A DNA stretch of 64,000 nucleotides from the NCBI GenBank assembly GCA_963668025.2, contig CAXXTH010000010.1, positions 576,001 through 640,000 on the forward strand, read 5' to 3'. A program made the translations under genes and the position numbers. Numbering within the stretch: position 1 is the stretch's first letter; each line of letters opens with the position of its first letter. The DNA is from Candidatus Hydrogenedentota bacterium (GTDB taxonomy: Bacteria; Hydrogenedentota; Hydrogenedentia; Hydrogenedentales; SLHB01). This document shows positions 32,401-41,714 of this stretch, piece after piece. The notes beneath the pieces were generated by a model. The model made no database searches. It was given only the letters and a program-made list of their open reading frames with translations, and was not told the origin of the DNA.

Positions 32401-33044
32401 AATTCCAGATGAGTGCGTTCGAGTTCATTCTCGAGAGTGGCGGCGCGCGCGGCGGCATGGAAATACGTGCATAATGCAGCAGGCATCGATCCGGGCGGCA
32501 TGGTGAAATCGATAAAATCATGAGCATCGCCACAGGCAGGCTTGAACGCATATGGTGCGTTTTTCCCGTCCGGGGCAAGGACCAGGCCGCCCGCTTCATG
32601 AATGGCTTTGACACCTGCCCGTCCGCCATCGGTCAATAAAATAGCGGCGGCCTGTTCCCGCTGCTCCAATGCTAAGAAGTGTAAAAACACATCGAGAGCT
32701 GTCGTATCATCCAGCGAATCGGAGCCGTCATGCTTGAACAAGCCATTTTCAATGCGAAGAAACTGGTCCACGGGGCATAGATAGAGAAGCCCCGCCTCTA
32801 GCGGCATAGCCTCCCTCGCGAAACAAATCTGCTTCTTCCAGTGGCGTTTGATAAGCGCCAGCAATGGATCGAGTTCATTCGCAAACCCTTTGGGGATAAT
32901 CACATACGCTAGAGCACCATGCGCGGGGAGGGCGGAAAGAAATTCTTCCAGCGCGCCTAGTCCTTCCATGGAAACTCCAATCCCAGCGATTCCAAGAGGC
33001 CGATGAAAAGCTAGGATAGGAGTAGTGCATCTCTCTTGTTGCAT
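29379..33044 (-). CDS. Multi-PAS histidine kinase with degenerate N-terminal CheB-like domain
   Basis: CheB-like aa ~17-195, NEELQ coiled-coil repeats, five PAS modules, H-box YVASHDLQEPLR, NLLSNAIKF, GTGIGL. Confidence 0.9.
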   Translation of the reverse strand: MQQERCTTPILAFHRPLGIAGIGVSMEGLGALEEFLSALPAHGALAYVIIPKGFANELDPLLALIKRHWKKQICFAREAMPLEAGLLYLCPVDQFLRIENGLFKHDGSDSLDDTTALDVFLHFLALEQREQAAAILLTDGGRAGVKAIHEAGGLVLAPDGKNAPYAFKPACGDAHDFIDFTMPPGSMPAALCTYFHAAARAATLENELERTHLELRAAKEEQEAKSLELLTANEELQVSNEELQAANEELISSNEELIAINALVDQKHVELIRQANDINNLLRATDISVILLDNAMCIRRYTRKALLLFELPPEDRGVSIGHISTTLIAPEALLDDIRRVGQFGSEIEREMRTRQGAWLLSRILPYRDEEGRCDGIVLTFVDITRLRRAELSLRESEERLHYAMMAANDGLWDWELDTNQAYYSPRCYTMLGYEPDEFPSSFNAWASLLHPDDKEMVLGQMAYYTRERREGFSMEFRMYTQQGDVRWILSKGIVVARREDGIPTRMVGTFSDISDRKRAEAVVRELNTELERRVLERTAELADAIRQLGAEVRERKDAVQALRESEQRFMLAISGSNDGFWDWTDIEHDRGWWSPRMYQHLGYELGEIEPTFGSLRRRMHPDDIERADESIRLHLEENKPYDTEFRLLDKQGSYRWFRLRGQALRGEDGRPVRMSGSMQDITSLKKAHEDLRQAHASLEAHVAERTKELTQANKTLHTIRKQLEEAQRLGKIGNWEYNLETGETTWSEQLYRLFERAPAEGALSFEQTLAYYPAEDARKLQEIIESLSRQSSVFELDMVTLRPSGDQMHQHSILASEADASGRIIKLVGTVQDVTVRQSALRALESTKAELEQQLSFMNALMVALPNPVFYKDSEGRYLGCNKAFETFLGASASQIVGKTVHETWPSDIAELFWRQDKELMRKPGVLTFEFQLPSADQHMRQAISSKATFYHSDGAQAGLIGVITDITERKHSEELIRRQIEQLAQANTELEEFNYVASHDLQEPLRTIASYCELLRSDMGVELSEQADEDIRFIVEASGRMKVLVQDLLQLSRAGRKEYDLLTVDLNACVESSIKDLRRRIRETKAEITFDRLPVIRADRLQITRVIQNLLSNAIKFHHGAPPQVHISACRAAEDFWKIMVADNGIGFDPAYSEQIFIPFKRLHGRSQYEGTGIGLAICRKIVQRHGGQIWAEPVLGKGTTMCFTVLGAELKREEVHTHE

Positions 33045-33325
33045 AGGAACGCTGAACCCTCTGCGTACATCTTCCTTAAGATGGAAAGCGCACCGTCAAT
33101 CAGACCACCAATTACCGGACAGTCATTTACGCTAATGTCTATTCATGCGTGGTGTCTTGTTTTTCAGGGCTCAATAGAAAACTGTTCGATCACACTCGAT
33201 TGTACTAAAAAAACAGGGATAGGGCAAGGGTAAAAGCAAGATGGCTCAGGGCTTTACGCGGGCATAAACATGCATATAATAGGTTTGCGCATTTTCAAGC
33301 GGCTGTTCAAGCTGCTTTCGGGGAA

Positions 33326-34000
33326 CTAATCCCGATGCGCCGTCGCGTAATGGGCTGTGGTTAAAGGATATGATTTAACAGATCCCATACGGGGTATTGG
33401 ATTATAGATGTAGCAAACCTGGCCGATAATCGAGGAGATGGAAGGACACAACACATCATCCGGCTCGACTCGGCTAGGCGGCGGGTCCGTGACAGAACGG
33501 TTCATCGAACGGTGCCGCAAACGCCATCCCCAAGACAAGCTGTCCTCACTCTCGTTGCGGTTGTCTCCGAGGACCATCACGCAGCCTTCCGGAACAGGAT
33601 ACGGCTGCAATATGGCGTTCATGGGCTCGCGGATATACGGTTCCGAGGCATATGCGCCATTAATGAACAAAGCGCCCCCATCGATATATACCGTCTGGCC
33701 AGGCAACGCGACGATACGCTTAACCACATGGGAGCCTGGCTCTTCGGGATCAGTGAGCACCACGATGTCGCCGGGTTGATATTCTTTCTGCGACAGTGTA
33801 ACAAGATAATCATTGGGCAGCAGCGTGGGCTCCATCGAGTGGGAGGGAACGAGGAAGAACCGGGCCTCTCGAACGCCAAACAGATAGGCGGCGCTGAGAA
33901 AAACGGCCAGCGCCAGTATGATGGAAGCAATCCATCGCCGACGAGACACAAGCCTGCGTCCCATGAAATCTCTCATGTGTCGTGTTCCTTGCCTATCCAC
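33326..34000 (-). CDS. lepB: Signal peptidase I
   Basis: TM anchor, Ser box PSHSMEPTL, Lys box VKRIVALPG, GDNRNESEDS. Confidence 0.93.
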   Translation of the reverse strand: MDRQGTRHMRDFMGRRLVSRRRWIASIILALAVFLSAAYLFGVREARFFLVPSHSMEPTLLPNDYLVTLSQKEYQPGDIVVLTDPEEPGSHVVKRIVALPGQTVYIDGGALFINGAYASEPYIREPMNAILQPYPVPEGCVMVLGDNRNESEDSLSWGWRLRHRSMNRSVTDPPPSRVEPDDVLCPSISSIIGQVCYIYNPIPRMGSVKSYPLTTAHYATAHRD

Positions 34001-34119
34001 GGAACCGCCACCGTTGGATACCCCACCCCACGGCGTAGCGCTTAGCCTCTCTGGCCTTTAGCTTTTACCGTCAAAAACATAACGTTCATGTACTTCATGC
34101 GTAACAATCGCAACCCGGC

Positions 34120-35025
34120 CTATTCATCCCGGAATTCCACTCCGGCGGGGACTAGCGGCTCCAAATGGGCGGGATCATATGCGATTCCGCCGCCTAACGG
34201 ATGCGCTTGGCTGTATGCCGCCCAATCCGCTTTTTTTTGGAGTTCACCCGCCGCGGGCCATATAGTCCGCAATGCCCCCGTGCATGCATTGCAGACCCGC
34301 AAGTCCGGCGCATCAAACACGGCGATGAGCACGGGCGCAAGCTCGACAGCGCCCAAAACGGCGGTCGAATTCGCCGCGGCCGCCTGCACTTCCGGTTGAT
34401 GATCAATCAAGCCTCGCGCGAGTAAATCCGTACTGCTTTTATCCCCAAGGCGCCCGATGAGTTCCATGGCCTTGGCCCGGGAAGCGGCGTCCGGGTCCGT
34501 GGCATGCCGGCGCACGAGGTTTTTTGCACGGGTGGGATCGATCTGGGCGGCAAGTTCAAGGACGCCAGGCACATATCGAGGCAGCAGGGCGGCAGAACAC
34601 CATTCAAAATAGCGGATCAGGTCCGCTTCTTGCGCCAGTTGCATGAATTTCTCCGTGGCGCGCGAGCGCACGGCGGAATCGCTCGATATCAGCTCCGCCA
34701 GCAGGGCCGTGACTTGGGCGCGCTGCTGGCCATTTAGCCCGGTTTCGCTTAATAGCTGGGCTTCCCGGGCTTCCGCTTCCGCACGCACCTTGTCTCGATC
34801 AATCACGCCAGTGAGCTCATTCTGCTCGATGCGAGCCACTTCTGATGCTTGTACGGCGACGGTTCGGTTGCCGATATTAATCTTGACCGCTTTGTCCGTT
34901 TGGCTGGACACCTTGCCTTCGATGCACACGCCTGATGTCAAGTAAATCGTATCGGCGTGCGCCGCCGCATACAAGCACAAGCCCGCCGCGAAGAACAACT
35001 TCCCCATAGAGCGCATGTCCGGCAT
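34120..35025 (-). CDS. Exported HEAT-repeat protein
   Basis: Signal peptide ending AHA-D, small beta domain (DTIYLTSG..IEGKV), HEAT-like repeats. Confidence 0.75.
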   Translation of the reverse strand: MPDMRSMGKLFFAAGLCLYAAAHADTIYLTSGVCIEGKVSSQTDKAVKINIGNRTVAVQASEVARIEQNELTGVIDRDKVRAEAEAREAQLLSETGLNGQQRAQVTALLAELISSDSAVRSRATEKFMQLAQEADLIRYFEWCSAALLPRYVPGVLELAAQIDPTRAKNLVRRHATDPDAASRAKAMELIGRLGDKSSTDLLARGLIDHQPEVQAAAANSTAVLGAVELAPVLIAVFDAPDLRVCNACTGALRTIWPAAGELQKKADWAAYSQAHPLGGGIAYDPAHLEPLVPAGVEFRDE

Positions 35026-35040
35026 GATTTTCTTTCTCCC

Positions 35041-37383
35041 TTATGTTGCTGGAGCATACACCAACCGCCGGAACGCCACTTGCGTGGTGTCTTCCAGAGC
35101 CCAGAAAGCGCGCACCCGGCGATCGTACAGCAGTTGGAAACTCTTGCAGCCCGAGCTGTCCGGCCCGGCGACCAATACGCCGATGTCTGGACAAATGATC
35201 GCGCCGCGAACAAGCATCTTGCCATCCGTGTAAGAACCATGCCGCGTCCGGCTGCGCGTGATTGCGAAAATAGCGTTGTTGCTATACAACAGCCCGTCGA
35301 ACGAGAATGGCCTGCCGGATGATGGGCGTGTCTGTTCGTCGTTCCACCAGATCTGCCGGAGCGTCGTCTCACTGATCCAATTGCCAGAAGGATTCATATA
35401 GTGATACGCGGCCCGGTTTAAGATATCCAGGGAATAGCCTTTATACGTGAGATAATTGGTCAACGTACGTACGCCGGTGCCCGTCTCATCATACCGGACG
35501 GCGTGCTCATCTGGCGGCTTTTCATACGTGAAAAGATTGTTGGGCTGGGTGTCACGAAGGCCATAGAATCGAGGAGTATACGTCGAATCCTCCGCAGCCT
35601 TCTCCGCTTCTTTTATATTGAATAGCATCAATTCCGATTGGGTGAAGCTGAATTGCTGCCCCGTTCGGGTGACGGTGTTGCCGCTTGCATCCAGCATGGT
35701 GGACACGATGCCATTGGCGTCAATCACGCCTGGGTCGAAATAACCATATTTCAAGGTTTGCGTAACCGAATTCGTGGTGACGGACGTAGACTTGGTGCTC
35801 GTCCGGGTGAGGATGCTATACGACGTACTCGGGTATTTCGAGGTGTCCGCAGTGTGGTTTTTGCCCCGGATGGTGAGATAATCGCCCATCAGGATGCTGC
35901 CGCCGCTCACGATGGCAAGGGCGTTTTCGGTGCCATCCGTAGCGACGCCAAAACTGCCCGCTGCGTCCGCGTAGGTTACATCACCGGTGATATAGGTATT
36001 GCCGCGCACTAGCAACTGGCCATACCCTTTGACTTTTCCCGAAATGACCAGGTCGCCGTCCACCACTACCTTCCCGTCGATCAGGATCGGATTGGTTGTG
36101 GTGCCCACCAATATCAGATTGCCTTCATATGTTCCGTCGGATAGATCCGCGAGGGCCCCATTAGAAGAAGTAGGCAGGGCCGTGCCTGTGTAATAATCGC
36201 CTTCGGCCACGCCGACGGCGACACCGCCCGCGATGCTTCCATCCGCGACCCGGGAAATCTGTTCGAACTCGTCATCCTGGACATAGCGGTCTTCATTGTC
36301 ATCAGGAAACGGAGCGGGAAAATCTTCCGGCACGGTGCCATCCGTCATAAGCTTCGAGTCCGTCGGGTAGTTCTTATATAGATTTGCAAATTGTGTGAGC
36401 ATGCCATCCGAATCCGTGGTGGCGTTTTTCAAAGCCGTGGCGGTCATGGCGCCCGTGCTGCTCTGCGTGACCTTGCCGTTGGAGTTGCTGAACTGGTAAC
36501 TGCGCAATTGGGTGCAGCTTGCCAGAGTCGAGGCGCTTAACTCTGTTCCGGCTTCATTGGTCACGGCGCCACGGGTGTAAATAGTGCCCGCTATCTTGGA
36601 ATCCGCCGAACCGGTTCGGAACATGAGGGATTCGAGGGTGGCGACTTTGATGCGGTCAAAGGTGCCATACTTAGTGGTATCCGTGTTGAGCTCGAGGCTC
36701 AACGGGCGCATTTCGGCATGGCAAAGGATGCAGTTAATGTTATTCGCCAGCACCGCGAATTCAAATCCGGAGAACGGCGTTCCCGAGACGCGGATGGTCT
36801 GGTCCATCGAGCGCGTCACGACGGCGTCTGGATCACGCCTGGATGGGCTGGGGGCTTGGGCCGTGCTTCGGATCGTAATCACCATGCCTGTGGCGTCATC
36901 GGTTCGGGTAATGGTGACATCCGAAATCGAGGCGGGTGTTTGGCCATTGGGATTATTGCTGCCCAATGCAAGTGGGAAAGTTACACCGGCTCCCGCTAAA
37001 TTTTGCAGCGATATGGGTTCGCTAATATCGAAACTGTCGTCGCCATTCAGATCTGCTTCATCCGAATCTCTGGAGCCGTTTCCATTCAAATCTTCATTAT
37101 TCGGCACCAGATTATTGATGAACACCCGGTATGACGCCAGGTTGCCCGTGGTGTTTCCATTGCCGATCACATATTGGTTCCAGAGGCGCTCGATGGCGAG
37201 ATCCGCGCCCGCCTTGCACGCCTCATCAAGCAGTGTACTCTGCACGGCTTTATTGGTCATCAAGGCAGTGGATTGCACCTTGATGGTAACGACGGTGACG
37301 GCGCCCAATATGGCCAGGATCGCCAGCAAGACAAAAATGAGGGCCATGCCCTCTTGGCGTCGAGCAATGAAGCGGTTATTCAT
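35041..37383 (-). CDS. Large PilX/GspK-like minor pilin or tip adhesin, 780 aa
   Basis: Class III signal RRQEG/MALIFVLL lacking Glu5, DLNGNG/DLNGDD loops, Thr/Ser/Gly-rich beta body, C-terminal LLYDRR. Confidence 0.75.
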   Translation of the reverse strand: MNNRFIARRQEGMALIFVLLAILAILGAVTVVTIKVQSTALMTNKAVQSTLLDEACKAGADLAIERLWNQYVIGNGNTTGNLASYRVFINNLVPNNEDLNGNGSRDSDEADLNGDDSFDISEPISLQNLAGAGVTFPLALGSNNPNGQTPASISDVTITRTDDATGMVITIRSTAQAPSPSRRDPDAVVTRSMDQTIRVSGTPFSGFEFAVLANNINCILCHAEMRPLSLELNTDTTKYGTFDRIKVATLESLMFRTGSADSKIAGTIYTRGAVTNEAGTELSASTLASCTQLRSYQFSNSNGKVTQSSTGAMTATALKNATTDSDGMLTQFANLYKNYPTDSKLMTDGTVPEDFPAPFPDDNEDRYVQDDEFEQISRVADGSIAGGVAVGVAEGDYYTGTALPTSSNGALADLSDGTYEGNLILVGTTTNPILIDGKVVVDGDLVISGKVKGYGQLLVRGNTYITGDVTYADAAGSFGVATDGTENALAIVSGGSILMGDYLTIRGKNHTADTSKYPSTSYSILTRTSTKSTSVTTNSVTQTLKYGYFDPGVIDANGIVSTMLDASGNTVTRTGQQFSFTQSELMLFNIKEAEKAAEDSTYTPRFYGLRDTQPNNLFTYEKPPDEHAVRYDETGTGVRTLTNYLTYKGYSLDILNRAAYHYMNPSGNWISETTLRQIWWNDEQTRPSSGRPFSFDGLLYSNNAIFAITRSRTRHGSYTDGKMLVRGAIICPDIGVLVAGPDSSGCKSFQLLYDRRVRAFWALEDTTQVAFRRLVYAPAT

Positions 37384-37407
37384 GGCGTGCCCCTCCTCAG
37401 TCGGCGA

Positions 37408-38037
37408 TCAATTCATAATGTAGAACTGCCTGGATAACGTGCCGGTCACTAAGCTGATGCGGCGCGGGTCGATCTGTTTGGATGCGCTGAGCGCCACCGT
37501 TAACATGTTCCCGTCCGCATTCAAAATAAACTCTACGTTGCTGAGTTCATTCGCGGAGCCCAGCGGGATAGCTTCTCCCGGTTCGCTCGTATTTCCATTG
37601 CTATTTCGGTCTTGAATTCTCATGAGCCGCCGGGTCAGCAGGCCATCTCCGTCTAGGTCCTCGCCTTCATCGAGAATTCCATTGCTATTCGCATCTTCAT
37701 TCACAAAACGCAGGCGGATAGGCGTGCTCCACTGGGCGCCTTGGTTGTCGAGGGGCGTTTGAAACACGAGTTCTACTGGGCTGCCTGCCACGGGGTTTTC
37801 CACAACCGCGATCGCATCGAGATCGAGCATTTCATTTGCTGTTTTAGACGCCATAGGGATATCCATCGCGATAAGCGTCATGGTGTCGCGTAGATTTTGC
37901 TGCACGATATCTTCCGCCGAAGCCACGGCCGCGGACTCGGCCGAAGTCATTACCGCCACAAAAGCCAGCAAACCCACAATGGAGAGCAGGCTCATCGAGA
38001 ACAGCAGTTCGATCAAGGTAAATCCCTGGAAACGCAC
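37408..38037 (-). CDS. PilW-like minor pilin
   Basis: Prepilin motif QG/FTLIELL and DxNxNG/DxDGDG loops. Confidence 0.85.
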   Translation of the reverse strand: MRFQGFTLIELLFSMSLLSIVGLLAFVAVMTSAESAAVASAEDIVQQNLRDTMTLIAMDIPMASKTANEMLDLDAIAVVENPVAGSPVELVFQTPLDNQGAQWSTPIRLRFVNEDANSNGILDEGEDLDGDGLLTRRLMRIQDRNSNGNTSEPGEAIPLGSANELSNVEFILNADGNMLTVALSASKQIDPRRISLVTGTLSRQFYIMN

Positions 38038-38048
38038 GGTATAACCTC

Positions 38049-38523
38049 CTACTGATCCGTCAATAACGTGGTCATGCGGAGCGATATGGGGCGGTTGCGC
38101 GCATCACGCCAAGTCGCGATAACGCCGACCTCAAGAGGATTCGCCCCCGTATTGGTGTACCGAACGAGGATCTGCTCCTGGCGCAACTGTGTTTGCTGTT
38201 GCACAGGCAGCGATGCTTCCCATGCGAGCAAGCCATCTAAATCGACGCTTGACCCATCCGGCCAAGTATCCAAGATCACATCAGGAAAATCACCAGCGGC
38301 AGATTCGCGCACTTGGCGCATCTGGTTCAATACGATGGAGCAATGCTGCGTGGCAGTCATGCGTTCCCGTTGGACGGCCATCGCGCCGTAATACGTGATC
38401 AGGGCTTGCGCCACCGCCCCAAGCACGACAACAAAAATAGTAAAGGCCATCATGAGTTCGAGAAGCGAAAAACCTGTCCGGCCTTTCCGTGGTCGTTTCG
38501 CCTCGTTTTTGCACATGCTCATA
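38049..38523 (-). CDS. PilV-like minor pilin
   Basis: Prepilin motif TG/FSLLELM. The ATG of MSMCK (about 38522) has an AGGA RBS, whereas the track start at 38597 falls within the predicted promoter. Confidence 0.82.
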
Positions 38524-38592
38524 AATGGATGTCCTTGTGCTGGCGCATCGTAGGCGCCCCCCTTGCGGCAGCCACTCGCCCAACAAATATCA

Positions 38593-38608
38593 AGCAAGTT
38601 TTATACCA
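38593..38608 (-). promoter_or_regulatory. sigma54 (-24/-12) promoter of the minor pilin operon
   Basis: Minus strand TGGTATAAAACTTGCT: GG-N10-GC with TTGCT. Confidence 0.7.
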
Positions 38609-38672
38609 TTTATAGAAAACCTGCTGCTCTTTTGCAACCTTAACAGCATCGGCTCCTATAATAAGCATATTC

Positions 38673-41618
38673 TCACCGCCGTTCCATCCGCATACAAAGG
38701 CGCATTTCCCGTATGGTGTAAAGAGAAGCGCAGGCAAGGAGCAAGGCTGTAACGGGCCAGCATAACGGCAGCGCCGGAATGCTGGATGCATCATGAGGAT
38801 CAGAGCCCGCTCGCATTTCCTCACCATCCGGTATGCCATCTCCGTCTGAATCTACATCTAGGTAATTCGGCAAACCATCCAGATCAATATCACATGCCTC
38901 GGTATCTTCCAGTCCGCCGCATGATTCATCCGCATCGCTCACGTCATCGCCATCAGAATCAAGATCTAGCCAATTGGGAGCGCCGTCTTGGTCTATATCG
39001 TCTCGTTCGGAATCGCCGGAGTGCTCGACGGAGTCGGGAATTTCGTCATCATCACTGTCAGGATCTTGCCAGTTTGGCAGATTATCGTTGTCAAAATCGC
39101 CATCGCCCTCTTCCGTATCGGAGATGCCATCGCCATCATAATCGCCGTTCGGATCGATGAGGGCGATATCGTCGATATTCCAGCCTTGGAAGGATAGACC
39201 AATATCGGAGGGCCCCATGGTCCAACGCAAATAGACTGTGGCCTGGTTGGCGGCGATGGCGGAGATATCGTAGGTGCATTCGGTCCAAGCGCTATCAATC
39301 AGGGTGTCGTCCGTATGCTCCCACACCGTGGTCCAGGAAGAACCGTTGGTGCTGGCTTCTATTGCCGCGTGATCATATTCCGCGCCTTCGATGCCCAGCC
39401 AGCGCCAGAAATGCAGTATGACGGTGTCGTGTCCCTGGCAGTCGATGGACGTGGAAGTAAGACGCCGGGGCGGCATGTTATCTGGGTAATTGCCTTCGAG
39501 GTTATACCCATATACCCGCAGCCCTGTATGGCCAAAGCTAGGATCCAACCCGCCAGTGCCTTTTCCCAGCGGACGCCCGTAGGCCCAATCGCCTTGAGCC
39601 GTCCAGCCGGGATCCGTGTCCAAAGAGAACCAGGCAAAGGAGCCCACGGGCTGTTCCGAGGAAATGCCCGCTAAAACGGAACGTTGCTGGGATATTTGGG
39701 AGGTTGCATTCATGAACTCGATGGCTTCCTCATACCCGCCAGGTGTTAGGCTGTAAAAGGACTCCGCCAGACTTATCGTAACAGGCTCGCTTGCGCCTGC
39801 GGCGAGGCTCCCGCCGGTGGAAGAGGTTTGCAGCCAATCGGGAAGGCTCGCAAGAGACCATTCAATCGGCGAATCGCCGGTGTTTGTAAGCGTATATACA
39901 ATGTGATCCGGGGCGAAATCGCCATTGGCCACGCCTTCAATGATAAACGAGCCGGCTGGATCAATAAGCAGCGTGTCAAGGTTAAGGGCAGTAAAATAGG
40001 CTTCGCCCGTTGCGCCGGGAGACACGGCAACCGCCGGATCGTTGGATACGGAGGAGTCATATGCGCCATCTCCGTCCAGGTCCGTATACAGTTCCGCGCT
40101 GGTGATTTCGCCAGCCGAGGCGGCTTCATTTGAGACCGACAATTGAACGAAGAAAGTGGCTTCATGAAAATCTGGCACATAGGGCAGGCCGTCCGTCAAA
40201 TCCACCGCCACTCGTTTCTCGTCGGTAATAGGCAGGTCTGTTCCGCCGTCGCGTTCCAGCACGGGCTTTGCGTTCCAGCCGGAGCTTGAATCGGTTCCCG
40301 CACCGCCTTTGACGGTTACATACCCGCGTTCGGCATGATTTACGCCCATCACGGCATAGATTTTGGGAGCGTATTGGCTGAGATCGTCACAATAAATGAT
40401 GGTGTCGAAGCATTCATCGTAATTCTTGAGGTATTCATATCCCAGCCACATGAAGCCTTTTGATGTGCCCGCCGTGTTATATACGCCCCAGCCGGAACTC
40501 CATGAGTTGGCGACGAGCACCGCGCCATACCGGGTGGCGGTTCCGTCAAAATAGGATATGTTGTCATCATACCCCACGATGGTTAAAACATGGCCGCCTT
40601 CATTGTTACCACTATTAGCGAAAAGCACGCCATTATTGATGCCTGTCGTGTCCGAGGGATAAAAATCATAAAAATTCGTGTATACAATGGTGTCCGTCAC
40701 TGCGATGTTGCCATTGGCCAGATGTTGTTTCAAGGCAGCCAGGCGGTCATCATCAAGGGCTTCATAATACGTAATCGCGTGCATCCCGCCCGTACGCCAC
40801 TTCAAGGCTTCGACCCACGCCTGTTCCGTAGGCCATGTGGTGGCGTCTTGGTCGCTGTAAGGCATGCGCGCCAGGCTGGCGCAACCGGTTTGGGCGAGGC
40901 GCGCCATGATATCGACGGGCCAGCTTCCTTCATCCACCCCATTATTAACCAGATGATACATAAAAGCGGGGCTCGAAATGTGGTCATCCGTAGCCGCGGA
41001 CACATTGTCATCCATGGCTTGAATGTACGTATGGTAATAATAACAAGTTCCCCATGCAGCGCAGGAGCCTTGGTTGGCTTGATTGCCAATGGGCGGGAAA
41101 TATATGGAGAGCGAATTGTCGGCCTGCGAGGGGAGGTCTTTCGTCCCCTCGAGCAGGGCGCGCTGGCGGCTTAACTTATTCGGTTCGACTTGCGCCACCG
41201 GTTCGAGCTGGCGCATTGCCGCAGTTTTCTCTTCCGCCGTGGGCTGGCGAAGGCCCATTGCGAAGGGGCCTGCTGGCGCTTCAACCGCTGCCGGGAGCGC
41301 TACGGACTCGATAGCCGATACGCCTGGCAGTCCTGCTTGAAGAGCAGCTTTTCCCTGGGGCACGCGGACAAGCAAGCGGCCCTCGGGCTCGAGGGCGAGG
41401 CAGCGGCCGCCACGGGCTTCTATGGCGCTCTTCAGCGCCGCTAAATCACTATCTGGAGCCAGCGAAAGCCAGTAACTAGTTGATGATGAAGCAGATGCCG
41501 ATTCCGCCGAGGATATGCCCGGAACCGTGAGGCAAATAGCCCACACCATACTGAACAAGAAAAAACACATGATGCTTTGCTTCCGCCTGCATGCCATAAT
41601 AAATCCTCCAGTCACCAC
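38673..41618 (-). CDS. Surface papain-family (C1) cysteine peptidase with Ig-like, jelly-roll and TSP3-like Ca-binding repeats and a C-terminal anchor
   Basis: Signal peptide; QANQGSCAAW (Cys), GGHVLTIVGYDD (His), ANSW (Asn); DxDxDG repeats; tail LPLCWPVTALLLACASLYTIREMR. Confidence 0.9.
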   Translation of the reverse strand: MVTGGFIMACRRKQSIMCFFLFSMVWAICLTVPGISSAESASASSSTSYWLSLAPDSDLAALKSAIEARGGRCLALEPEGRLLVRVPQGKAALQAGLPGVSAIESVALPAAVEAPAGPFAMGLRQPTAEEKTAAMRQLEPVAQVEPNKLSRQRALLEGTKDLPSQADNSLSIYFPPIGNQANQGSCAAWGTCYYYHTYIQAMDDNVSAATDDHISSPAFMYHLVNNGVDEGSWPVDIMARLAQTGCASLARMPYSDQDATTWPTEQAWVEALKWRTGGMHAITYYEALDDDRLAALKQHLANGNIAVTDTIVYTNFYDFYPSDTTGINNGVLFANSGNNEGGHVLTIVGYDDNISYFDGTATRYGAVLVANSWSSGWGVYNTAGTSKGFMWLGYEYLKNYDECFDTIIYCDDLSQYAPKIYAVMGVNHAERGYVTVKGGAGTDSSSGWNAKPVLERDGGTDLPITDEKRVAVDLTDGLPYVPDFHEATFFVQLSVSNEAASAGEITSAELYTDLDGDGAYDSSVSNDPAVAVSPGATGEAYFTALNLDTLLIDPAGSFIIEGVANGDFAPDHIVYTLTNTGDSPIEWSLASLPDWLQTSSTGGSLAAGASEPVTISLAESFYSLTPGGYEEAIEFMNATSQISQQRSVLAGISSEQPVGSFAWFSLDTDPGWTAQGDWAYGRPLGKGTGGLDPSFGHTGLRVYGYNLEGNYPDNMPPRRLTSTSIDCQGHDTVILHFWRWLGIEGAEYDHAAIEASTNGSSWTTVWEHTDDTLIDSAWTECTYDISAIAANQATVYLRWTMGPSDIGLSFQGWNIDDIALIDPNGDYDGDGISDTEEGDGDFDNDNLPNWQDPDSDDDEIPDSVEHSGDSERDDIDQDGAPNWLDLDSDGDDVSDADESCGGLEDTEACDIDLDGLPNYLDVDSDGDGIPDGEEMRAGSDPHDASSIPALPLCWPVTALLLACASLYTIREMRLCMRMERR

Positions 41619-41714
41619 ACACCTTCTTCACAACGACGCTATTATACATTAGCAGTCACATTATGTTTAATTGTACCACCTTATTGCGGAATTTGCCGGG
41701 TAATCCATATTTGC

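Noticed and set aside
38820-39160. Nucleotide-level repeats in the protease tail (and at 54980-55180)
   Set aside because: Explained by DxDxDG protein repeats, not an independent DNA repeat array.
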